From NCBI GenBank assembly GCA_051294375.1, contig CM119267.1, forward strand, positions 9,139,709 through 9,203,708: a DNA stretch of 64,000 bases, read 5' to 3'. Shown one piece after another: positions 11,345 to 21,454 of the stretch. The notes under the pieces were generated by a model. The model was given only the letters and a program-made list of their open reading frames with translations, made no database searches and was not told the origin of the DNA. The position numbers and the translations under genes are program-made. The stretch is from Paraspadella gotoi. Taxonomy: Eukaryota > Animalia > Chaetognatha. Each line of letters begins with the position of its first letter. Within the stretch, counting starts at the first letter, position 1.

Positions 11345-12835
11345 ATGCCGAACGAAGAATCCGAACCGTTACCGATATCAGAGAATCGAACAAATTCCTA
11401 CGAAACTCTGCCTACTTTTCCACGACACGCCGCCTCGCCCGTCACATGCGCACTCATCACTGCGACCTTCTCCGCCGTCTTCGGCTGCTCTTTTCAGTTT
11501 GGCTACAACACCTCAGTTATCAATACGCCCTCCGACTCGATAAAGAAATGGATAAACATCACCGTGCGACCGACAACGGAATCGACCCTGACCCTATATT
11601 TTTCGATCGTTGTCTCGATTTGGGCCATCGGCGGTCTTATCGGCGCCCTGTCCGCAGGATTTCTGGCAGATCGTTTCGGCCGCTACCGCGTAATGTTTTT
11701 CAACAACAGCTCGGCCATCCTTGCCGCCGTTTTGATGGGATTTTCTAAACCTGCGTCGCTCTATTTTCTTCTCGTGTTGGGACGATTTGTGAGCGGCGTT
11801 AATTGCGGGTTGAATACAGTTTTACCGACAATGTACCTCTCTGAGATTTCCCCTATTTCGCTGCGAGGGGCCCTGGGCGTCGCACACCAACTCTTCGTCG
11901 TCTTAGGGATCGTGATTTCCCAAGTGTTAGGGATGCAGTCGATATTTGGAAACGACCAACTCTGGCCCTACGCGCTGGCTTTCACCGCCGTTCCTGCTGT
12001 AGTTCAGCCTTTGCTGTTACTGTTTTGCCCGGAGAGTCCGAGGTATTTGATGAGTAACAACGATTCCGCTGGAGCAACGAAAAGTCTTCAGTGGTTGCGA
12101 GGGTCGTTTTATCGCTCCACCGAGTTGGAACTGATCGCCCGCGAATTGGAAGCTGAGAAAAACGCGCCTACTGTCGAAACGAAGTCCATCTTTTTGTCGC
12201 CGGATTTACGACAACCCTTGACGCTAACCATCGTGCTGCATTTGGCGCAACAACTTTCGGGAATTAACGGCATATTTTATTATTCGACATACTTGTTCGA
12301 ATCATTAGGGTTCGTCACGACAGACGCGGTTTACGTTTCCATCGGAACCACTGTCGTTATGCTTGCCTCGACTCTGATTTCGGTGCCCCTGATGGACAGG
12401 GCGGGTCGGCGAATGCTAATGCTCCTTGGTCTAGGACTAATAATTTGCTTCGAGTCACTATTAACGATCACACTCAACATACAAAACGCTTGGAGTGACG
12501 CCAAGTACGTCAGCATCGTGACGGTTCTGGCGACGGTGGCGGTCTTCGGAATCGGACCCGGCAGCATTCCTTGGTTTATTGGTGCCGAACTCTTTCCTCA
12601 AGGTGCGCGAGCGAAAGCCATGGCGTTTGGCGTCGCCGTCAATTGGATTGCCAATTTCGCTGTGGGCATTTCTTTCGAGCATCTCGAAATGGCTGCGCAT
12701 GGGTATTGTTTTCTACCTTTCATCGTCGTCTCTTCGCTCTGCTGGACCTTCGCTTTTTTGAGAATGCCAGAGACTAAAAACCGCTCTTTTGACGAGATCC
12801 ATGCCATCTATGTCAAACGCGCCGAATTAAACTAA
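11345..12835 (+). CDS. Class I facilitated glucose transporter (SLC2A/GLUT, MFS sugar porter), intronless CDS
   Basis: FQFGYNTSVIN, DRFGR, PESPRYL, QQLSGINGIFYYST, DRAGRR, GPGSIPWFIGAELF and PETKNRSFDEI. The ATG is placed after acceptor tttaatgcag(11300). Confidence 0.9.
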   Translation: MPNEESEPLPISENRTNSYETLPTFPRHAASPVTCALITATFSAVFGCSFQFGYNTSVINTPSDSIKKWINITVRPTTESTLTLYFSIVVSIWAIGGLIGALSAGFLADRFGRYRVMFFNNSSAILAAVLMGFSKPASLYFLLVLGRFVSGVNCGLNTVLPTMYLSEISPISLRGALGVAHQLFVVLGIVISQVLGMQSIFGNDQLWPYALAFTAVPAVVQPLLLLFCPESPRYLMSNNDSAGATKSLQWLRGSFYRSTELELIARELEAEKNAPTVETKSIFLSPDLRQPLTLTIVLHLAQQLSGINGIFYYSTYLFESLGFVTTDAVYVSIGTTVVMLASTLISVPLMDRAGRRMLMLLGLGLIICFESLLTITLNIQNAWSDAKYVSIVTVLATVAVFGIGPGSIPWFIGAELFPQGARAKAMAFGVAVNWIANFAVGISFEHLEMAAHGYCFLPFIVVSSLCWTFAFLRMPETKNRSFDEIHAIYVKRAELN

Positions 12836-13231
12836 TTCTAAATATGGTCAGTTTTGGTCACCTAAAAAGCGAGGACCATTTTTTTCGATCTGGCGAATAA
12901 GAACATAAGAAAATCTCCCTGGTCATTAGCCATAACATAAGATAAGCGAGCCATAAATAAATTTTAATGCAAATATTTCTTTTAATAGATACCATTATAA
13001 ATAAATTCTTTCGTTTAAAAAACTAATGCAATGTATTAGTTTATTAAGTTGAAGGAAAGATATGTAAGTTGTAACTCGAATTTAGAAGCTTGCCCTAACA
13101 GTAATCTGTCGAACTGTAAGTTTTATACCATTTTATTCGTGATGCCGCTTTTCGGCAATCTATTTTTATATTTTTTGTTTTTTGTTTTTTTACCATAAAA
13201 TTAGATACCTCATCTTAAATTTCTGATAAGC

Positions 13232-13763
13232 ATGAATATTGTGCTCATAACTCCTGAACCTCTTGACGTGTCCTCTGTCCAAAATTTGCTCACGTCTCCT
13301 AATTGCGGCGCTATTTCTCTCTTTGTCGGTGTCACACGAAACAATTTTCATGGCAAGTCTGTTGCGCGTCTTGAATACGAAGCTTACCAACCCATGGCCG
13401 AAAAACGATTGAACAAAATTTGTCAAGACATTCGTAAATTGTGGCCAGAAGTTGAAAAAATAGCCTTGCAGGTGCGGAAGAATATTTTACTACTCGGGGA
13501 AATTTACTTTCATACTCTTTAGCCAATAATTAATTTCACAGCATCGCCTTGGATTGGTACCGGTCAGCGAGCCTTCGGTTATTGTGGGTGTATCTTCACC
13601 TCACCGTGCCGCTTCTTTAGCCGCAGTCTCCTTTGCCATAGAAGCCGTGAAAGCCAGCGTGCCGATTTGGAAGAAAGAAGTCTACGTGGACGGTACGCGT
13701 TCGTGGAAGGAGAACGAAGAGTGCAATTGGAGTGGCGGACGAGCGGAGATTTCGCCGAGTTAA
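13232..13763 (+). CDS. MOCS2: Molybdopterin synthase catalytic subunit MOCS2B/MoaE (exons 13232-13471, 13542-13763)
   Basis: [26 protein letters not shown]|[18 protein letters not shown] and [12 protein letters not shown]...WKENEEC. Confidence 0.93.
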
Positions 13764-13794
13764 ATCTTTGGCAATATTTTAGACAAGTGCGATT

Positions 13795-14758
13795 ATGCCT
13801 GACCGTCGCGCCTATCGCTGGGCCGTCAACTGCGCTAAATGGAATCCGACCAAAGAAGACTTTCTGGGGGCCCTCTCCTCCCTTCAAAGCGAAGAGCGCT
13901 CGCGCGTCATGCGCTTCGTGTTCGTCGACGACTTAAAACGCGCTATGGTCGGACGACTCCTGCTTCGACTGTGCGCGCTCGATCGTCTCGGGTGGTCGGT
14001 CGGAAAGGTCGTTAACACCGATCTCATTTTTGATCGAACGGCCAAGGGTCGACCCGTTCTGATGTCGCCCCCGTCCCCGAAATCTTTCGATTTTAACGTC
14101 TCCCACCAAGGGGACTACGCCGTTTTGGCGGCCGTCTCTGAAGAGGGCCAAGTCTGCGACGCGAATCCGCCCCGCGTCGGCGTCGACGTCATGAAGATAG
14201 AGACTGCTCGGTCTAAGGAAACGACCGAGTTTTTTCGCCTGATGCGGCGACAACTGACGACCGCCGAGTGGAGTCACGTCGAAGATGGCATCGACGAGTT
14301 CCAAAGACTTAAACGATTCTACCGATTTTGGTGCCTTAAAGAAAGCTACGTTAAGGCCTTGGGGATAGGAATCGGATTCGATGTCGGAAAACTTGAATTT
14401 TGTGTCGAGGGTAAGGTCTAAATTCCACCATTTTTCTTAATTACACTTCACGCTTTACTATCGTGAATACCGTTTCTCGCAGAAGAGCTTTCGGAGGCGT
14501 TGATTTCATCGACCGTACTCAAGATAGAGGATCGTCACCAAGAGGATTGGCGTTTTGAGGAGCAGTTGTTGGATTCGCATCACTGCGTTGCTGTGGCGAC
14601 GAATCGAGCGTTGCAGGGACCGTTTAAAAAAAATGACTTCGTTTTTCGAATTGTGGGGACGACGGAACTTTTAAAACCTTTCCTGGACTCACGGTTGTTG
14701 GAATGCGGCGACCAGGATTGGGAAAGCTACAATGAAAAAACTTTTAAAAATAATAATA

Positions 14759-14763
<5 letters not shown>
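13795..14763 (+). CDS. AASDHPPT: Sfp-type 4'-phosphopantetheinyl transferase (exons 13795-14410, 14483-14763)
   Basis: RWAVN, RTAKGRP, FNVSHQGDYAVLA, VGVDVM, FYRFWCLKESYVKALGIG and WRFEEQLLDSHHCVAVA. Confidence 0.93.
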
Positions 14764-14789
<26 letters not shown>

Positions 14790-14849
14790 GTGATTTCTTG
14801 TGTATTCGTGCACATTCTCGAAAAATTAATTTACTCGTCCTCATAGAAA

Positions 14850-17800
14850 ATGAGCGATTACGATTCGTTGTTTCGTCATTTTTGGAAATGGCGAATGGAG
14901 GAGAGTCCCTATTATGCCTCGTTGTGCGCCGACGAATCTCAAAGCGGAAGATTAGACTCTTGGCAACCACAAGTTTTTCATCGTCGACGAACAAAAGCGT
15001 TAGAATTTCATGAGAAGTTTACAAATTTGAATCTTGAATCCTTGTCGGAGGAAGAGAAATTGAACGTTGAAATTCTTCTACATGCGTTGGAGACGTTGGC
15101 CAATGGAATTCAGTTAAACTGCCAATGCTTTCCCATGGTCGGTTATTTTAGTCCAATTACTTCTGTCAACCGTATGCTGGTTAACATTCCATTTTTCACA
15201 GAGGATGATCTTGAAAATGCTTTTAAGATTTTGAATTTAGTTCCGAGAATGTTTGAGGAGCAAACTAGTTTGTTTCGCGAAGGAATTCGTTTCAATTTGA
15301 CTTTTCCCTCGGAGTTGGTGGTTACGACTGTGGAGAATCTCCATCGTTTGACTAAAACCGATGTCGAGTTTCCCTTGATGTCTACTTTTAAGGAGCGGCT
15401 GGCATGCTCGACTGTGGCTCTCTCTGTTCAGGATCAAATGCTGGCCCGTGTCAATGCTTTGATTCGTGACGAAATCCGTCCCGCGATTAGCGAAACTCTC
15501 CGGTTTTTAAAGAAAGACTATTCTCTTTATACTCGCCCCCATTCTGGCGTCGGAAGTTTGACTAACGGATCGGAAATTTATTCTGGGGCCCTGAGGTTTC
15601 ACATCGAAACAGAGGAGACGCCTGAAGAGGTGCACAAGATCGGTTTAATGGAGGTAGAACGAATCGAGACTATAATCGCCGAAGTGATTTCAAAGACGGG
15701 ATTCAAGGGAGAACCGACTGAGTTTTATAAGGAGATTGCTGGAAGACCAGATAATTTTTTTCAATCCCCAGAGGATTTGCTTCAATTTGTCCAAAAATTT
15801 GTTTTCGGTGAGGTTATACCGATCGCACAGAAATACTTTCCGCAATTCCCTGACTTTCCTTTTGAAATTAGGGGAAACGATAGAAAGTCTGCAACAGGGG
15901 GTTTTTATCATGGTGGCAAGCACGATAAATCGTCCCCTGGCGTCTTTTTCGTTTTCTTGAACAGCTACAATAAGTTTCCAAAGTTCTTTTGGCCATCGTT
16001 ATGCCTTCATGAGAGCGTTCCTGGTCATCATTTGCAGAGTATCTTTAGCCTCGATCGTAAGGTTGGCCGAAAAAAATTGCTTTAACATAGTTTTATTTAA
16101 CTACTATCTGTTAATTTTTTTTTCTAACTTTTTTTTTCTTTAAACGTTTCGACTTTTGATAATTCTAATTGTATATAATCATTAATAAATATTAATTAAT
16201 ATATATAAATATCAATATTTTGGAAAAAAGAGTATGTACAATGTACAATAGGGTGGAGCGATGAATAGATTGAGCTATTGAACATTATTTTTTTGATGCT
16301 TTTGTACATGTAACTTTAAATCCTTTAAACTTTTTAGCATAACAGTAAAATAAATTGTATTATTTGTGTAATATTATCCTTAAAAAATCAAAAAATTTCA
16401 AAATGAATTTTGTTATTTTTAAAAAGATTCTGATTTGCTATAAAATTTTAAAAAATTATAAAATGTTATATGATATTTTAATGACTGCATATGATAGTTT
16501 TTACTACAAAGAATAAAAAGTTATGAATTTTTACCCCGTTCAGAATTTTTATTTAGAGGTAATAACGAAAAATCCGTTGTAACAGCAATTTAGTTTTTAT
16601 TATTATAATGGACATGTTTCGACTCTTATTACGAGTCTTCATCGGATTTTTCGTTATTACCTCTAAACTATTTCAAACAGCAAAAAGAAAGTCAAAATAC
16701 AAATAATTTTTATTAAAATTTTTTATATTTTTGATCATGTTTTTATAAGGAATGTTATAATCTTATGTATTAAAAGTTTTTAAAAAATAATTTTTAAAAA
16801 ATTCCTATTTTATAAGGATATTATTATAAATATATTATATTTTATTATTCTGTTCCCAATATAAAAAAAAATTATTCGTTAGTCTTATATTTAATTATCT
16901 TTATTCAATCAAATATTTTTTTTATTCTTGAGAGCTTTACTCTAATTTATTTGTTTGCAAAATTTGTTAAATAATATTCCAATTAGGATAAAAATGTCAG
17001 CAACATCTGGGTATTTACTGTTCATATGCAATATAATGAAATTGGTGGAACCAATATGTATACTAGGGTAAAGTGAAAGTTTGGAATCAAAATTTAGCAG
17101 TTATTTCTTAAAAACTATCAGGAAAAACAGTTTTGTTTGACAACGATTTATTTGACACAATTTTAGTCAGACATGTTTCGGCTCTTTCATTTAGAGCCTT
17201 CATCAGTGTTTTGAATGAAAATGAAAGAGCCGAAACATGTCTGACTAAAATTGTGTCAAATAAATCGTTGTCAAACAAAACTGTTTTTCCTAATACCTCA
17301 AAAACAACAAAAAGAGAGTATATACATAATATTAAAAACTGTCATATTAATGGATATTAATCTGCAGTTATTTTTTTTTATAAATATAGTAGCCCAGTCA
17401 GCTCATTTTGTATATAGTACTACCCTTATATAATATCAAAATTTCAAAATGTTTTTTTTTATATTCTGAGAACAGATTCAGATTCCTCGTTAAAAATTAA
17501 TAAAAAAAAATTGTTTTAAAAATATCATTAAATAGGTTAAAATTATAAAAAAACTATTTTTAAACTTGAAATTGAAAATCGGTATTTGAAATATATTTTT
17601 TTACATTTTTGACCAACTTAATGAAGGAATTTAAAAAAAATAATTATACTTTCTTATATCAACTTTTTGCAAAGAATCCAAAAATCAAAATCAAAAATCA
17701 AAAATTTAAATTTAAAAATTTGTATTTTGAAATTTTAGCCAATTATATACTTATTACTATATATAAATATAGCTCACTGGTGCCAACTAATGTAAAAAAT

Positions 17801-20541
17801 TAAAAAATAAATTTACTTAAGTATTTTTATTAGTTTTTATTTTTATGTTTATATGCTAAATTTTAAATTTCTAAAATTTTATCATTGTCACATCACTCTA
17901 ATGTATACTGTATGCACCATTTTGTTCAATTATTATATTATTTAAGTAAAAGAAAATTAATGGATATTAGATATACAACTATAAAGATAGATAAACTTTA
18001 AGGTCCGGGATCACTCAATTCAAATTATAATTAGGCCTAAAACTGAGCTCGGATTTCGAAAGGAGAGCTCCTGACGATTCCGAAAATGTATTTACTTTAC
18101 TATTTTTTCAAAGGCGTCATCGTTTTTTCGATTTTTTTTGTACTATATAAAATAAAAGAAACCTATTTGAAGAGTTGCAGCCCAAACAGTAAGGCGGTTT
18201 CTCATTAAATTTGGCATGAATTACCTTTAAGTCACGAACTCCAATTCTATGAAAAGATACTTTCAAAATTTGCCTTCCTTCATATAAAATTTTATTATTT
18301 TAAACAATTTTTGGGATTAATTCCTTGATATCTTTGAAACGAAAAACTTTTTTTCAAAAACGCGCTCATAGAATTTCCCCACCCTTTCTTTTCTTGCCCA
18401 AAATATTTTTTTCTTCAAGAAGAATCCAACGGTTTGAGCTGCAACTCTTCGTTTTTAACTTCACTTCGTCAAAAAAGTTAAATTCTGTACTCATTAAACT
18501 CATTAAACATTTACATAAAGTAAAAAGTCAAATTGAAATAAATTCGATAAGTTTTTTAACTCCTAAAACTCATAAAAGTATAAAAACCCGTCTGGAAAAT
18601 GTGTAGTAGTTTATTTTAGACTTATTAGTGATACAACTCCAAGTATGGATTTGTACCAAAGGAAGAATTAAATATAAGAAGTAGAAATTGAGCTTACTGT
18701 AAAGAATCAGGTTTGAGTTAAAAATTTAGTTGTAGAAATTTAACTTACATATAAAAAATTATTTTTCTCTTGAAAATCTAGTTTTACCGAAGAAAAAATT
18801 ATGTTTAAATTTTTATGAACATTTTATTTTAGATTTTTAAAAGTTTTCGATTATTTTTCAATAGAAAACCTCTTACAAGATATGAGAAATGATTAAGATA
18901 CAGTAAATTAAGATTTCTATAATTTTAGATTGAGTGATCCCTGGCCTTAAGAAAATAATCGGACAGGGTAATGTTATTAAAATTTCAATAAAAACGATAA
19001 TTGCATATTAAATGATTATGTATATTATAATGTGGTTTTGCGTACTTCTTAAGGATTTGCCTGATTTTCGTCGCGTTTTGGACGGAGGACAGTATAGTCA
19101 TGTCCCGGCACGATTTCCGCTTTACACCGCTTATGCTGAAGGCTGGGGATTATATGCGGAGGGCCTCGGGGAGGAAATGGGAATTTACTCCGACCCTCTT
19201 TGTCATTACGGAAAGCTTCAATGGGAGTTATTGAGAGCAGTGAGACTTGTGGTAGATACCGGAATTCATGCGTTTGGCTGGAGCAAACAGCGAGCAATTA
19301 ATTTTTTCTTGGAAAAACGTAAGGTTTTTATTATAGAATACATTCAACTTTTAATAAATCCTAATTCATTTTTGTCTTTAATTCGTTCCTAACTCGTAAT
19401 AAAAGCGAATTTGACATGTAACTACAAAAGGCTTCATATTAGAAAATTTGTGCTGTGGCGGTATATACACACCGCCTCTCGTCCTTCATTGTTCAGCCAA
19501 TACCTTTGGCTCAGAGGGGGAACGCACCATCCCAAGCGTTGCGTTTCATCCACAGTCCTAACGACTTCCCTCTGTGTTGGCAAAGCGAGACCGTTCAAGG
19601 GTAACCGCGCCAATGGGCAATTAGGCATCACATTCAATCCGGCTGTTTCCATAAGTGGTGAGCCCGACCTGATCTAAATTTAGACTTATAAACCTTAATT
19701 CCTAATCCTGAACCGTAACCGTAACTCATATTCTTAATTTTTAATCAACCAATTTTTAATCATAACCAATTTTTAATCATAACCATTAGCGCTAGTCCCT
19801 AACTCTAATCACAAACCACGTTACTAACCTAATCCTTAAACCTGTAACTAATCTTGAATTTAAAAAAAATTAGCTTAATTTCGCATTTAAGATAAAAATA
19901 TTAAAAATAAGGCCGAAATAAGAACTTTGAGCTAAAAGGGAGTGTTCAGATTTATTTATGTAAACGGGGAGACATGTGTGATGCCCGTGTTGTGAGGCAT
20001 CTCCCGACAGCCGGCGCTCAGGACTTTAGAGCTGCAGTGACCACCCCATGTCACTGACGTGTTTATGCCGACTCATCACACTTAACCATGACTCATGAGG
20101 GGATTGAACCCGGAACTCACGGTTGGTGGACGAGTACTAAGTTGTCCAAGCCAATGGGACGAGCTGAATTTCACCAAGCTATACGGGAGGCAAATTTAGA
20201 ATTTGCCTTATGTTCACTATTAATTTAAATTTGTTTCTATGAAAATTAGCCGACTAATTTTTCCGTTAATCCGTAATTCGTGCATCTCAGTTTCTTCTTA
20301 TACTTACGAATCGGCGAGCCAAGAAATAAATCGTTACATAGCATTTCCTGGCCATGCTTGCGCTTACAAAATGGGTGAAATGAAAATCTGGGAGTTACGA
20401 AAAGTTGCAGAAGAAAAACTTTGTGATAAGTTTGACATAAAAGAATTTCATAGTGTCATACTTGAATGTGGATTCGTCCCTATTACAAGTTTGGAAAAAA
20501 TCGTTGCGGATTTTCTCAAAAAAAAAAAACTTTTAAATTAA
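14850..20541 (+). CDS. DUF885-family putative metallopeptidase (exons 14850-16061, 19054-19318, 20291-20541)
   Basis: [76 protein letters not shown] and [11 protein letters not shown] are the DUF885 motifs; splice phases are consistent. Confidence 0.88.
16552..16667. mobile_element. Short hammerhead-bearing insertion bounded by a 25-bp inverted repeat (DUF885 intron 1)
   Basis: tttagaggtaataacgaaaaatccg (16552-16576) and its exact reverse complement (16643-16667) flank gacatgtttcgactcttattacgagtcttcatc. On the - strand this reads CCGAUGA-A-GACUC-guaauaa-GAGUC-GAAA-cauGUC. Confidence 0.75.
17121..17331. mobile_element. Hammerhead-bearing palindromic insertion with 13-bp target-site duplication
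   Basis: 73-nt perfect inverted arms (17120-17192 / 17219-17291), flanked by ttaaaaactatca (17108-17120) and ttaaaaactgtca (17332-17344). Confidence 0.85.
17170..17206 (-). ncRNA. Minimal type I hammerhead ribozyme motif (intact core)
   Basis: The reverse complement reads CUGAUGA A GGCUC UAAAUGAAA GAGCC GAAA CAU GUC; AAUAAA follows downstream. Confidence 0.8.
18002..18946. mobile_element. Non-autonomous TTAA-inserting DNA transposon (Kolobok/T2-like MITE), copy 1
   Basis: ttaa|GGTCCGGGATCACTCAA ... TTGAGTGATCCCTGGCC|ttaa; highly similar over ~945 bp to 33917-34863. Confidence 0.88.
19950..20164 (-). mobile_element. Probable tRNA-derived SINE in DUF885 intron 2
   Basis: The - strand head gctcgtcccattggcttgg...gttccGGGTTCAATCCCctc contains a B-box. 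The body is GC-rich and ends in an A-rich tail; there is no complete cloverleaf. Confidence 0.55.
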
Positions 20542-21454
20542 TTCTGTGTGGTGGTAGTCGAGTACTGGTGTACGTATTTAACGTAGTTTTAAGGGTTTTA
20601 AGTAATAGGTATAATCATTAAGGCGGACCAGAATTTAACATTTTTTATTGTCGCAATCGCAAAATAGAATTTTTCTTTCTGTTTATAAATTAATTTTCTT
20701 TTCTCAAATTTGATTTTTTTTATTTCTGGCTGCTTCTGCTGCTGCCGCTGCTGATTCATCCGAAAACGATTTGGCTTCTCTCTCTCTTTCTTTCCTTCTT
20801 TTTTAATTGATTTATATATAAAGCATAGTTTTCCTTTATCAAATTTGATTTTTTGAGTGTCAAAGTTTGTCATGGGTCCATATTTTTTTATACCATTACG
20901 ACGATCCTTATGCTTTTAAGATTTTTACAATATGAAACGTCTGCAATGAAAGTCTTGTCCTTTTACAACCTAATTTACCTATGTTGTTAGATTTTGATTA
21001 AATTCATTTTCCTCATGCATGAAAGCATTTTAATATTTAACAATATATAAGAAATGATTAAAAAATTTTTTTTAGAAATTTAATGATAAATGGGTTAAAA
21101 TTAAAAAAACTTTAAAAAATCATTATCATATTTCAATAAATTTGATAGATTTTGTTAGTTTTTATAAACAAAACATTAAAATTTTTAAGCTTTATCAGAA
21201 TCCAATAAAAAAAGTAAATTGATTAAAAAATTTTTTTGACATTATATAGTATTTGGATAATATAAAATAGCATCCATGCGTTGAACTATAAGATCTCGAA
21301 TTTTTTTTATTTTCATGATCATTAATATATACAATAATAAATTTATACCGGACTTCTGTTAGTTTGTAACCTGTTCTGCCTTTAAAGTTTAATATTCAAA
21401 AGGATGGAGTGATGAGAGATTGAGCGGTGGTTTTGTACAATGTACTAGCGTGTA

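Larger units (their letters stand above)
17070..17850. repeat. AT-rich interspersed repeat, copy A (copy B at ~21455-22862)
   Basis: Shared colinear blocks gtgaaagtttggaat..tttagcagtta, tatagtagcccagtcagctc, ttcagattcctcgttaaaa, ttttgaccaacttaatgaa and tatagctcactggt. Confidence 0.75.

Noticed and set aside
17133-17433. Short ORFs over the palindrome
   Set aside because: Artefacts of the inverted repeat with no protein features.
18325-18606. 93-aa ORF repeated at 34240-34536
   Set aside because: Lies within two copies of the same MITE, has no transposase motifs and starts at TTG.
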